The notes under the pieces: model-generated
Databases searched by the model: none
What the model saw: the letters and a program-made list of their open reading frames with translations, nothing else
What the model was told of the DNA's origin: nothing
Program-made: the position numbers and the translations under genes
Shown: positions 1 to 10,158 of the stretch, piece by piece
Layout of the letters: each line of letters opens with the position of its first letter
How positions within the stretch are numbered: position 1 is the first letter of the stretch
Source of the DNA: Escherichia coli
Lineage (GTDB): Bacteria > Pseudomonadota > Gammaproteobacteria > Enterobacterales > Enterobacteriaceae
Reading direction: 5' to 3' (one strand)
Length of the DNA: 64,000 bases
Assembly (NCBI RefSeq): GCF_024223415.1
Contig: NZ_CP100500.1

Positions 1-2
1 TG

Positions 3-1004
3 GTTATCAATAACTTCTCATTAGGTATCGCGGGGATGCTCCTTTGCCTGCTGGGTTTTGAAGTGATCGGCCCGGCGGTGTTAATTGCCAATACTTTCGT
101 CAAAGAGTGTATTGAGGCGCTGGTACATGCGGGTTATCTGCCTCTGCTGTCAGTCATCAATGAACCGGCGAAAGTGCTTTTCCTTAATAATGCGATCGAT
201 CAGGGCGTCTATTATCCGCTGGGAATGCAACAGGCTTCGGTTAACGGTAAATCCATCTTCTTTATGGTGGCCTCTAACCCAGGTCCGGGCCTGGGGCTGC
301 TGCTGGCGTTTACCTTGTTTGGTAAAGGGATGAGTAAACGTTCTGCGCCCGGGGCGATGATTATTCACTTCCTCGGTGGGATCCACGAACTGTATTTCCC
401 ATATGTGCTGATGAAGCCGCTGACTATTATTGCCATGATTGCGGGCGGTATGTCTGGCACCTGGATGTTTAACTTACTGGACGGTGGTCTGGTGGCTGGC
501 CCAAGTCCGGGGTCTATCTTTGCTTACCTGGCGCTGACGCCGAAAGGTTCGTTCCTGGCGACAATTGCCGGTGTTACGGTAGGTACCCTGGTGTCCTTTG
601 CTATCACTTCGCTGATACTGAAGATGGAAAAAACGGTGGAAACGGAGAGCGAAGATGAGTTTGCTCAGTCAGCCAATGCGGTTAAGGCGATGAAACAAGA
701 GGGTGCATTCTCGTTAAGCAGGGTTAAGCGTATCGCCTTTGTTTGCGATGCGGGGATGGGCTCCAGTGCGATGGGCGCGACCACCTTCCGTAAACGCCTG
801 GAAAAAGCGGGGCTGGCAATTGAAGTAAAACATTACGCCATAGAAAACGTGCCTGCGGATGCGGATATCGTCGTTACTCATGCCAGTCTGGAAGGGCGCG
901 TGAAACGTGTGACGGATAAACCACTGATATTGATTAATAACTATATTGGCGATCCAAAACTCGACACTTTATTTAATCAATTAACCGCCGAACATAAACA
1001 CTGA
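3..1004 (+). CDS. cmtA: PTS mannitol-like EIICB component, 5'-truncated by window edge
   Basis: Frame open from position 3 with no stop; C-terminal EIIB-like region with CDAGMGSS cysteine motif; synteny with yggP. Confidence 0.8.
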   Translation, partial: VINNFSLGIAGMLLCLLGFEVIGPAVLIANTFVKECIEALVHAGYLPLLSVINEPAKVLFLNNAIDQGVYYPLGMQQASVNGKSIFFMVASNPGPGLGLLLAFTLFGKGMSKRSAPGAMIIHFLGGIHELYFPYVLMKPLTIIAMIAGGMSGTWMFNLLDGGLVAGPSPGSIFAYLALTPKGSFLATIAGVTVGTLVSFAITSLILKMEKTVETESEDEFAQSANAVKAMKQEGAFSLSRVKRIAFVCDAGMGSSAMGATTFRKRLEKAGLAIEVKHYAIENVPADADIVVTHASLEGRVKRVTDKPLILINNYIGDPKLDTLFNQLTAEHKH

Positions 1005-1018
1005 TTACAGAGGTAAAA

Positions 1019-2296
1019 ATGAAAACCAAAGTTGCTGCTATTTATGGCAAGCGGGATGTCCGTCTGCGCGAATTTGAACTGCCAGAAATTACCGATAATG
1101 AATTACTGGTGAGTGTGATTTCTGACAGCGTCTGTTTATCCACCTGGAAAGCGGCGTTACTCGGTAGTGAACATAAACGCGTACCCGACGATTTAGAAAA
1201 TCATCCGGTCATTACCGGGCATGAATGTGCCGGGGTTATTGTCGAAGTGGGTAAAAATCTCACTGGCAAATATAAAAAAGGCCAGCGTTTTGTATTGCAA
1301 CCGGCGATGGGGTTACCAAGCGGATATTCAGCGGGCTACAGCTACGAATATTTTGGCGGCAATGCCACTTATATGATTATTCCCGAAATCGCCATTAATT
1401 TGGGCTGCGTATTACCGTATCACGGCTCTTATTTTGCTGCGGCGTCGCTGGCAGAGCCTATGTGCTGCATTATTGGTGCTTATCATGCCAATTATCACAC
1501 CACGCAATATGTTTATGAGCATCGCATGGGCGTCAAACCTGGCGGTAATATTGCACTGCTGGCGTGTGCAGGTCCGATGGGCATTGGCGCTATCGATTAC
1601 GCCATTAACGGCGGCATACAACCGTCGCGGGTGGTGGTGGTCGATATCGACGACAAACGTCTGGCGCAGGTACAGAAGCTGCTGCCGGTGGAACTGGCGG
1701 CCAGTAAAGGCATTGAGCTGGTGTATGTGAATACCAAAGGGATGAGCGATCCTGTCCAGATGCTGCGGGCGCTGACAGGAGATGCCGGGTTCGATGACAT
1801 TTTTGTTTATGCGGCGGTGCCTGCTGTCGTTGAGATGGCTGATGAATTACTGGCGGAAGATGGCTGTCTGAACTTCTTTGCCGGGCCGACGGATAAAAAC
1901 TTCAAAGTGCCGTTTAATTTCTACAACGTTCATTACAACAGCACGCACGTCGTCGGTACATCCGGCGGTTCAACGGGCGACATGAAAGAGGCGATTGCCC
2001 TTAGCGCCACTGGGCAGTTACAGCCGTCGTTTATGGTGACCCATATCGGTGGCCTGGATGCGGTGCCAGAAACCGTGCTCAATCTGCCGGATATCCCTGG
2101 CGGTAAAAAACTCATTTATAACGGCGTGACCATGCCGCTCACTGCCATTGCCGATTTTGCCGAAAAAGGCAAAACCGATCCGCTGTTTAAAGAGTTGGCG
2201 CGGCTGGTTGAGGAAACGCACGGCATCTGGAATGAACAGGCCGAGAAATATCTGCTGGCACAATTTGGCGTTGATATCGGGGAGGCCGCGCAATGA
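1019..2296 (+). CDS. yggP: putative zinc-binding alcohol/polyol dehydrogenase
   Basis: 425-aa ORF; synteny downstream of cmtA. Confidence 0.85.
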   Translation: MKTKVAAIYGKRDVRLREFELPEITDNELLVSVISDSVCLSTWKAALLGSEHKRVPDDLENHPVITGHECAGVIVEVGKNLTGKYKKGQRFVLQPAMGLPSGYSAGYSYEYFGGNATYMIIPEIAINLGCVLPYHGSYFAAASLAEPMCCIIGAYHANYHTTQYVYEHRMGVKPGGNIALLACAGPMGIGAIDYAINGGIQPSRVVVVDIDDKRLAQVQKLLPVELAASKGIELVYVNTKGMSDPVQMLRALTGDAGFDDIFVYAAVPAVVEMADELLAEDGCLNFFAGPTDKNFKVPFNFYNVHYNSTHVVGTSGGSTGDMKEAIALSATGQLQPSFMVTHIGGLDAVPETVLNLPDIPGGKKLIYNGVTMPLTAIADFAEKGKTDPLFKELARLVEETHGIWNEQAEKYLLAQFGVDIGEAAQ

Positions 2297-3258
2297 TGTC
2301 CCTGGCGTGGCCATTATTTCGCGTTACGGAACAGGCAGCGTTGGCTGCCTGGCCGCAAACCGGATGTGGCGACAAAAATAAAATTGATGGCCTGGCGGTC
2401 ACCGCGATGCGCCAGGCATTAAACGACGTCGCTTTTCGTGGACGAGTGGTTATCGGCGAAGGAGAAATTGACCATGCGCCGATGCTGTGGATTGGCGAAG
2501 ATGTGGGCAAAGGCGATGGACCAGAAGTCGATATCGCGGTTGATCCCATTGAAGGCACGCGGATGGTGGCGATGGGGCAGAGCAATGCGCTGGCGGTCAT
2601 GGCTTTCGCCCCTCGAGATAGCCTGTTACATGCGCCCGATATGTATATGAAAAAGCTGGTTGTTAATCGACTGGCTGCCGGGGCGATTGATCTGTCTTTG
2701 CCTCTGGCGGACAACTTGCGTAACGTGGCGCGGGCGTTAGGTAAACCGCTGGACAAGCTGCGCATGGTTACGCTGGATAAACCGCGTCTGAGTGCCGCGA
2801 TTGAGGAAGCAACACAGCTGGGGGTGAAAGTTTTTGCCCTGCCGGATGGCGATGTCGCCGCCAGCGTGCTGACCTGCTGGCAGGATAATCCTTACGATGT
2901 GATGTACACCATCGGCGGTGCGCCAGAAGGCGTGATTTCTGCCTGTGCCGTTAAAGCATTAGGCGGGGATATGCAGGCCGAGCTGATTGACTTTTGTCAG
3001 GCTAAAGGGGATTACACGGAAAATCGGCAGATTGCAGAGCAGGAGCGCAAGCGTTGCAAGGCAATGGGCGTTGACGTTAACCGTGTGTACTCGCTCGATG
3101 AACTGGTGAGGGGGAACGATATCCTCTTTAGCGCTACGGGCGTCACGGGCGGCGAGTTGGTGAACGGTATCCAACAGACGGCGAATGGGGTGCGGACGCA
3201 GACATTACTGATCGGCGGCGCGGACCAAACGTGTAATATAATAGACTCCCTGCATTGA
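2293..3258 (+). CDS. yggF: fructose-1,6-bisphosphatase class II (GlpX paralog)
   Basis: 321-aa ORF; 4-bp overlap with yggP stop; synteny. Confidence 0.85.
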   Translation: MMSLAWPLFRVTEQAALAAWPQTGCGDKNKIDGLAVTAMRQALNDVAFRGRVVIGEGEIDHAPMLWIGEDVGKGDGPEVDIAVDPIEGTRMVAMGQSNALAVMAFAPRDSLLHAPDMYMKKLVVNRLAAGAIDLSLPLADNLRNVARALGKPLDKLRMVTLDKPRLSAAIEEATQLGVKVFALPDGDVAASVLTCWQDNPYDVMYTIGGAPEGVISACAVKALGGDMQAELIDFCQAKGDYTENRQIAEQERKRCKAMGVDVNRVYSLDELVRGNDILFSATGVTGGELVNGIQQTANGVRTQTLLIGGADQTCNIIDSLH

Positions 3259-3279
3259 TGGTGATCTATCGGAAGACCA

Positions 3280-3789
3280 ATGGCGACGCTGACAGAAGAT
3301 GATGTGCTTGAGCAACTGGATGCACAGGACAATTTATTTTCATTTATGAAAACTGCGCATTCTATTTTGCTCCAGGGGATACGCCAGTTTCTGCCGTCGC
3401 TGTTTGTCGATAACGATGAAGAGATCGTCGAATATGCAGTGAAGCCGTTACTCGCCCAAAGCGGCCCGCTTGACGATATTGATGTCGCACTGCGTTTGAT
3501 TTATGCGCTGGGGAAAATGGATAAATGGCTGTACGCCGATATCACGCATTTTTCCCTGTTCTGGCATTACCTGAACGAACAGGATGAAGCGCCCGGATTT
3601 GCCGATGACATGACCTGGGATTTTATCAGCAACGTCAATAGCATAACCTGCAATGCGACGCTCTATGACGCGTTGAAAGCGATGAAGTTCGCCGATTTCG
3701 CCGTCTGGTCAGAGGCGCGTTTTAGCGGAATGGTCAAAACGGCGCTGACGCTGGCAGTAACGACCACCTTAAAGGAATTAACGCCGTGA
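3280..3789 (+). CDS. yggD: MtlR-like small protein (reported as fumarase E)
   Basis: 169-aa ORF; synteny. Confidence 0.8.
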   Translation: MATLTEDDVLEQLDAQDNLFSFMKTAHSILLQGIRQFLPSLFVDNDEEIVEYAVKPLLAQSGPLDDIDVALRLIYALGKMDKWLYADITHFSLFWHYLNEQDEAPGFADDMTWDFISNVNSITCNATLYDALKAMKFADFAVWSEARFSGMVKTALTLAVTTTLKELTP

Positions 3790-4499
3790 AAATTGAATTA
3801 ACGGTGAATGGGCTGAACGTGCAAGCGCAGTACCATGATGAAGAGATAGAACGCGTGCATAAACCGTTGCTGCGTATGCTGGCGGCCTTACAGACGGTAA
3901 ATCCGCAGCGCCGAACCGTGGTTTTTCTTTGCGCTCCGCCGGGGACGGGGAAATCTACCCTAACCACCTTCTGGGAATACCTCGCGCAACAAGACCCGGA
4001 ACTGCCCGCTATTCAGACGCTGCCGATGGATGGTTTTCACCATTACAATAGCTGGCTGGATGCGCATCAATTGCGCCCCTTCAAAGGCGCACCAGATACA
4101 TTCGATGTGGCGAAACTGGCGGAAAATCTGCGCCAGGTAGTGGAAGGGGATTGTACGTGGCCGCAATACGATCGACAAAAGCATGATCCGGTTGAAGATG
4201 CGTTGCACGTTACCGCACCACTCGTCATCGTCGAAGGAAACTGGTTGTTGCTGGACGACGAGAAGTGGTGCCAGCTTGCGCAATTTTGTGATTTCTCGAT
4301 CTTTATCAACGCGCCAGCTACTGCGTTGCGGGAACGACTGGTAGGGCGCAAGCTGGCGGGAGGGGTATCGCTGGCAGATGCAGAAGCTTTTTATGACCGT
4401 ACCGACGGGCCGAATGTTCGCCGGGTGCTGGAAGAGAGTCTGCCTGCAAATTTGACTTTAATGATGACCGCTACGGGTGAATATCGTCTGGTGGATTAA
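3786..4499 (+). CDS. yggC: P-loop nucleoside/pantothenate-kinase-like protein
   Basis: 237-aa ORF with Walker A motif PPGTGKST; overlaps yggD stop. Confidence 0.85.
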   Translation: MKIELTVNGLNVQAQYHDEEIERVHKPLLRMLAALQTVNPQRRTVVFLCAPPGTGKSTLTTFWEYLAQQDPELPAIQTLPMDGFHHYNSWLDAHQLRPFKGAPDTFDVAKLAENLRQVVEGDCTWPQYDRQKHDPVEDALHVTAPLVIVEGNWLLLDDEKWCQLAQFCDFSIFINAPATALRERLVGRKLAGGVSLADAEAFYDRTDGPNVRRVLEESLPANLTLMMTATGEYRLVD

Positions 4500-5148
4500 C
4501 GTTCCTGATTAGACCATCTTCCAGTCGCACCACACGAGAGAAATGACGCCGGGTAAATGCGGCGTCATGACTGATTGCTACGACGCTCGTGCCTCGCTGG
4601 CGGCACTTCTCCAGCCAGCTTTCAAACACGCTCAACCAATTTTCGTCAAAATCCCGACTCGGCTCGTCCAGCAGCAATAGTGGCGGAGAGAGTGCTTCCA
4701 GGCAGGCGACGGCGACCATCCGTCGCTGCGCACTATGCAGATCCAACGGGTGCGCGTTGGCAGTGTCTGCTAACTGACAACATTGCAGGGCAGCATGGGT
4801 ACGTTGAGTGATTTCATCCGCCGGGCATTTTTGCAGTTTCAAACCAAATGCGATCTCGTCAGCGACGGTGCTGTGAAAAAGTTGGTTTTCCGCTTCCTGA
4901 AACAGTACGCCAATCTTTGCCGCGCGCTGGCGGTTTTTCAGGTTTTTCATCGCCTGTTGTTGCAGCATAACCGTACCGGCTGTGGGCGTAAGAAGACCTG
5001 CCATTACTCGTAACAGCGTCGATTTCCCTGCGCCATTGTCGCCGGTCAGCGCCAACCATTCACCTTGTTTGAGTTGCAGAGAAATGTCGCAAAGACAATC
5101 CGTTGCCGCGCCAGGCCAGCGATAAGATATCTGATTTAACGTTAACAT
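4471..5148 (-). CDS. ECF/ABC transporter ATPase, second subunit, degenerate signature motif
   Basis: Walker A GDNGAGKST, Walker B LLLLDEP, H-loop ISHD, but LHSAQRR in place of LSGGQ; ATG at 5148 lies 1 nt upstream of the stop of the preceding ATPase gene (ATGnTAA); 3' end overlaps yggC convergently. Confidence 0.7.
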   Translation of the reverse strand: MLTLNQISYRWPGAATDCLCDISLQLKQGEWLALTGDNGAGKSTLLRVMAGLLTPTAGTVMLQQQAMKNLKNRQRAAKIGVLFQEAENQLFHSTVADEIAFGLKLQKCPADEITQRTHAALQCCQLADTANAHPLDLHSAQRRMVAVACLEALSPPLLLLDEPSRDFDENWLSVFESWLEKCRQRGTSVVAISHDAAFTRRHFSRVVRLEDGLIRNVNPPDDIHP

Positions 5149-5825
5149 AGTGGCTGGAGCGCTCCGTTTTGCAATTGCCACGCTTGCTGGCAGTAGTTCA
5201 GGAAAGGTGTGCGATGACGTTCAAAAAGAATAATCAGCGAACCACGTTCAAACGCCCAGTGTTGTAAGCGCTGCAACAGCATTTCGCTGGCCTGCGGCGT
5301 CAGGCGGCTAAAGGCTTCATCAAGAATTAATAGCTTTGGCTGCATCGCGATGGCGCAGGCGATGACCACGCGCTGTGTCTCTCCACCGGAGAGTGTTGCC
5401 GGGTGACGATGGCGCAACGGCTGGCACTCGGTCAGAGTCAGGGCGGCATCAATCCGAGCCATAATCTCTGCTTCAGCAAGACACAGATTTTCTGGCCCAA
5501 AGGCAACTTCTTCTTCCACGCTAAAGGTACAGCCGGAGAGCTGCAAATAGGGCGATTGCTGGACGAGCTGGATGGTGGCGGATTGTTCATTAAGCGGGAG
5601 ATGCCCAATGGGCGTACCGAGGAGCGTCCCCGTGCCTGTTATCTCTCCTGGCAGAAAGTCCGGATACCAGCCCGCCATCAGCTGTGCCAGCGTACTTTTG
5701 CCACTGCCGTTGTCACCAAAGATGGCGACCATCCCCGGTTTGACATAGTGAAAGTCATAACAGAACGGAGGATGTGTTGAGTGTGTCGGGCAATAACGGA
5801 ACTGTTCTAACGTAACCATATCCAC
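5142..5825 (-). CDS. ECF/ABC transporter ATPase, first subunit
   Basis: Walker A GDNGSGKST, canonical signature LSGGETQR, Walker B LLILDEA. Confidence 0.75.
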   Translation of the reverse strand: MDMVTLEQFRYCPTHSTHPPFCYDFHYVKPGMVAIFGDNGSGKSTLAQLMAGWYPDFLPGEITGTGTLLGTPIGHLPLNEQSATIQLVQQSPYLQLSGCTFSVEEEVAFGPENLCLAEAEIMARIDAALTLTECQPLRHRHPATLSGGETQRVVIACAIAMQPKLLILDEAFSRLTPQASEMLLQRLQHWAFERGSLIILFERHRTPFLNYCQQAWQLQNGALQPLC

Positions 5826-6514
5826 GCTCCGAATTCTGTCAGCATCAGCAAGATCATGGTGTAACGCGCTACGCGTTGTAGGGTGCTATCGGCTGGTGCC
5901 CACAACGTTGTTCGTCGATTGTGGATCCGAAATGCCCGCATATCCAGCGCCGCACCACGGACAGCAAGATCGTTTAGCGCATTGTGTGTTAGCGGAATAA
6001 TTAACGCGGGCATCGCACGTAAACGCTGATACCAGCCCTCATCCAGCGGCACGCCGCGGGCACGCTGCGCTTCATGAATAATCGCTAATTGCCGTTTTAA
6101 CTGCTCAACGACCAATAACGGCCCGGCAAACAGATAAGCGACGCCTGGCGGCAGGCGAGAAGCAAACAGAGCGCGGATAAAACATTGCACGGGGACGTAC
6201 TGCATCCACAACTGTGAGGTTGAAACAATCGCCAGAATCCGCAACCAGAGCGTAATAGCATGCGTCCAACGCTCCGGCGAACGCGGCGTGCCGCTTAGCC
6301 ATTCTGTTAGCCAGCCACCGTGTACCAGCCACAGCCCGGCTCCCAGCGAGAACATCAGCCAGACGACATATTTTGCCCGCCGCCGCGTGGCCTTTAGCGC
6401 AATAAGGCAGAAAAAGGTCGCCGCGCTATAGATCGGCAAAATGGTCTGCGCGGGCAGGATAAGCGTGGTGCAGGCCGCCAATGCCCACAGTGTTAATGAG
6501 GTAAATGGATGCAT
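5807..6514 (-). CDS. ECF transporter transmembrane T component (CbiQ/EcfT-like)
   Basis: Hydrophobic 235-aa protein with Ala-Arg-Gly motif (EAQRARGVP); start ATG directly abuts stop of upstream S gene (TAAATG). Confidence 0.65.
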   Translation of the reverse strand: MHPFTSLTLWALAACTTLILPAQTILPIYSAATFFCLIALKATRRRAKYVVWLMFSLGAGLWLVHGGWLTEWLSGTPRSPERWTHAITLWLRILAIVSTSQLWMQYVPVQCFIRALFASRLPPGVAYLFAGPLLVVEQLKRQLAIIHEAQRARGVPLDEGWYQRLRAMPALIIPLTHNALNDLAVRGAALDMRAFRIHNRRTTLWAPADSTLQRVARYTMILLMLTEFGAWIWLR

Positions 6515-7093
6515 TTAGCGCACGGCAGCCATTGCCGGAAAATGGCGCGTGGTGCGAATCGGCAGCTGGCGCAGTAAAAGCCAGACAATCACCGCTGTAA
6601 GAGTTTTATCGACCAGGTTCGCGCCTATCACCGTAATCGCCACCGACTCCACCAGGTTTTGCCCCATCGAGTGCATCCAGGCAACGAACAAATCGGCTCC
6701 GCTACCGGTGACACCGCCGAACAGCGCAGTACGCAGCGGTACAGCGACGACCGTTACCGCAAGCGTAATAATCACGCCGCTGACAACGACTTTTGGCAGG
6801 GTGCGGAACCAACCCGCTCGCGCCAGCCAACCGGCGACCAGGCCGATGACCATCGCCACGGGCGCAAATGCGGCGGCGATCGGGTCGGTCAGCAATCCCC
6901 AGAGTAAATTGGTCAGTAAACCGGTCAGCATCCCGATCACCGGACCAAGCAGTACCGCGCTAATAAGTGTGCCGATGGAGTCGAGAAATATAGGTAATTT
7001 GACCATGCTGGCCAGTTGCCCGCCGATCATATTGATGGCGATAGATATAACGATTAACACCAGCGCCTGACTGGAAAAGTGGCTACGCGCCAT
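6515..7093 (-). CDS. small integral membrane protein, candidate ECF substrate-specific S component
   Basis: About 192 aa of mostly hydrophobic helices; preferred start ATG 7093 with GAGAGG Shine-Dalgarno upstream (track ORF extends to 7192); position immediately upstream of T and A genes. Confidence 0.55.
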   Translation of the reverse strand: MARSHFSSQALVLIVISIAINMIGGQLASMVKLPIFLDSIGTLISAVLLGPVIGMLTGLLTNLLWGLLTDPIAAAFAPVAMVIGLVAGWLARAGWFRTLPKVVVSGVIITLAVTVVAVPLRTALFGGVTGSGADLFVAWMHSMGQNLVESVAITVIGANLVDKTLTAVIVWLLLRQLPIRTTRHFPAMAAVR

Positions 7094-7115
7094 AAGAAAA
7101 CCTCTCTGAAAGTAG

Positions 7116-7547
7116 TTATTTAACGGGGGAAATATGCAACTCGTCGTAACCAGAAAGCGCGCAAGGTTGGCGGCTAAACGCCAGTTCCTCAAGGCTACCG
7201 ATCACCAGTTCAAGCGTGGTCCGCACGGTACAGCCGGGCATCATATGACCGCCAAGCATCGTGCCGTGTGGATCGGAAACGCAGAGATGAAGATGCTCAC
7301 CACTCTGTTCCAACGTGCCGTTTAGTGAGATCACTTCGAATGTACCGTTCAGGAGCGTGGTGCCTTCTTGCCCGGCATAGCGCAAGGCGATGTCAGTCAG
7401 GCTACCGGTACAGCCTGCAATCCAGGCGGCATGAAGTTGCTGCTGCTGTGCAAAAGCGTGTAGCTGGGAAAAAACTTCCTGCCCGGGGAGGAGGCGCAGT
7501 GCGTAAAAGCGTGCGGAGGAAGAATATGGGTAGGGCAATGTCATCAT
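7116..7547 (-). CDS. small soluble protein, possibly DUF296/PPC-domain family
   Basis: 143-aa ORF, first gene of the minus-strand operon; family assignment from memory of sequence character only. Confidence 0.45.
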   Translation of the reverse strand: MMTLPYPYSSSARFYALRLLPGQEVFSQLHAFAQQQQLHAAWIAGCTGSLTDIALRYAGQEGTTLLNGTFEVISLNGTLEQSGEHLHLCVSDPHGTMLGGHMMPGCTVRTTLELVIGSLEELAFSRQPCALSGYDELHISPVK

Positions 7548-7918
7548 TGGAGTACTCCGAAACTCGGACGTATTGCGGATAATATCGACGCTGCATCAGT
7601 CATATTCTGATATAAGTCAGGGTTTGTGACGGCACAACGAAAAGATTTTGCTACGCTTATTCGTGATTCTGCAAAGTGGAATAAATTCCACAGGGGCGGG
7701 GCTGAAAACGTGACGTAAGTCAGATAATTGTCTTCTTTGACTGGACAATCATTCCTTTTATTCCACGTTTCGCTTATCCTAGCTGAAGCGTTTCAGTCGA
7801 TTAAATGTTCGACAATTAACCAATCAGTCGCAGTTTGCGACAGGTAAGGTTTCCCCGGACGATTTGCTGGATTACTCTGTCTGGCAAATTTGCTCAGGGA
7901 AAACCTTGCAGGAGATCT

Positions 7919-8938
7919 ATGACCGTACGCGTAGCGATAAATGGCTTCGGTCGCATCGGGCGTAATGTGGTTCGTGCTTTGTATGAATCCGGACGCCGGG
8001 CGGAAATTACCGTGGTGGCAATCAACGAACTGGCGGATGCTGCGGGCATGGCGCATTTGTTGAAATATGACACCAGCCATGGCCGTTTTGCATGGGAAGT
8101 ACGACAGGAACGCGATCAACTTTTTGTTGGTGATGACGCCATCCGCGTATTGCATGAACGTTCACTGCAATCGCTCCCCTGGCGTGAACTTGGCGTTGAT
8201 GTAGTCCTCGACTGCACCGGCGTATATGGCTCCCGCGAGCATGGCGAAGCGCATATTGCCGCCGGGGCCAAAAAAGTGCTCTTTTCACATCCTGGCAGTA
8301 ACGATCTCGACGCGACCGTTGTTTACGGCGTCAATCAGGATCAACTTCGTGCGGAACACCGCATCGTTTCTAACGCTTCCTGTACCACGAATTGCATAAT
8401 TCCCGTCATCAAATTGTTAGATGATGCGTACGGTATTGAGTCCGGCACTGTGACCACAATTCACTCCGCCATGCACGATCAACAGGTTATTGATGCATAC
8501 CATCCTGACCTGCGTCGCACCCGGGCAGCCAGCCAGTCGATCATTCCGGTCGATACTAAACTGGCCGCCGGTATCACACGATTTTTTCCGCAATTTAACG
8601 ATCGCTTTGAAGCGATTGCGGTACGTGTGCCAACCATAAATGTGACGGCAATCGATTTAAGCGTGACGGTGAAGAAACCTGTAAAAGCCAATGAAGTCAA
8701 CCTGTTGCTGCAAAAAGCAGCACAAGGTGCATTTCATGGTATAGTTGACTATACGGAATTGCCGTTGGTCTCTGTAGATTTTAACCACGATCCGCACAGT
8801 GCCATTGTCGATGGCACCCAAACCCGGGTCAGTGGCGCACACCTGATCAAAACGTTGGTCTGGTGCGATAACGAATGGGGCTTTGCTAACCGAATGCTCG
8901 ACACGACGTTAGCTATGGCTACTGTTGCTTTCAGGTAA
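7919..8938 (+). CDS. epd: D-erythrose-4-phosphate dehydrogenase
   Basis: Starts [15 protein letters not shown] (GAPDH-family NAD-binding motif), 339 aa; AGGAG Shine-Dalgarno; upstream part of the track ORF rejected. Confidence 0.95.
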
Positions 8939-8987
8939 GACGCAAGCAGCGTCTGCAAAACTTTTAGAATCAACGAGAGGATTCACC

Positions 8988-10151
8988 ATGTCTGTAATTA
9001 AGATGACCGATCTGGATCTTGCTGGGAAACGTGTATTTATCCGTGCGGATCTGAACGTACCAGTAAAAGACGGGAAAGTAACCAGCGACGCGCGTATCCG
9101 TGCTTCTCTGCCGACCATCGAACTGGCCCTGAAACAAGGCGCAAAAGTGATGGTAACTTCCCACCTGGGTCGTCCTACCGAAGGCGAGTACAACGAAGAA
9201 TTCTCTCTGCTGCCGGTTGTTAACTACCTGAAAGACAAACTGTCTAACCCGGTTCGTCTGGTTAAAGATTACCTCGACGGCGTTGACGTTGCTGAAGGTG
9301 AACTGGTTGTTCTGGAAAACGTTCGCTTCAACAAAGGCGAGAAGAAAGACGACGAAACCCTGTCCAAAAAATACGCTGCACTGTGTGACGTGTTCGTAAT
9401 GGACGCATTCGGTACTGCTCACCGCGCGCAGGCTTCTACTCACGGTATCGGTAAATTCGCTGACGTTGCGTGCGCAGGCCCGCTGCTGGCAGCTGAACTG
9501 GACGCGCTGGGTAAAGCACTGAAAGAACCTGCTCGCCCGATGGTGGCTATCGTTGGTGGTTCTAAAGTATCTACCAAACTGACCGTTCTGGACTCCCTGT
9601 CTAAAATCGCTGACCAGCTGATTGTTGGTGGTGGTATCGCTAACACCTTTATCGCGGCACAAGGCCACGATGTGGGTAAATCCCTGTACGAAGCTGACCT
9701 GGTTGACGAAGCAAAACGTCTGCTGACCACCTGCAACATCCCGGTTCCGTCTGATGTTCGCGTAGCAACCGAGTTCTCTGAAACCGCTCCGGCTACCCTG
9801 AAATCTGTTAACGACGTGAAAGCTGACGAGCAGATCCTGGATATCGGTGATGCTTCCGCTCAGGAACTGGCTGAAATCCTGAAGAATGCGAAAACCATTC
9901 TGTGGAACGGTCCGGTTGGCGTGTTCGAATTCCCGAACTTCCGCAAAGGTACTGAAATCGTGGCTAACGCTATCGCAGACAGCGAAGCGTTCTCCATCGC
10001 TGGCGGCGGCGACACTCTGGCAGCAATCGACCTGTTCGGCATTGCTGACAAAATTTCCTACATCTCCACTGGCGGCGGCGCATTCCTCGAATTCGTGGAA
10101 GGTAAAGTACTGCCTGCAGTAGCGATGCTCGAAGAGCGCGCTAAGAAGTAA
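8988..10151 (+). CDS. pgk: phosphoglycerate kinase
   Basis: Starts [25 protein letters not shown], 387 aa; GAGAGG Shine-Dalgarno upstream. Confidence 0.95.
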
Positions 10152-10158
10152 AAAATCA

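Noticed and set aside
7548-7918. Possible TPP or cobalamin riboswitch upstream of the ECF-type operon
   Set aside because: I could not find the conserved TPP core (CUGAGA ... ACCUGAUCUGGAUAAUGCCAGCG) or B12-box-like sequence on the minus strand by eye. Left as untested; a covariance-model scan is needed.
8970-9668. 232-aa minus-strand ORF inside pgk
   Set aside because: Entirely antisense to a highly conserved, well-supported pgk reading frame; no independent start context. Treated as a shadow ORF.
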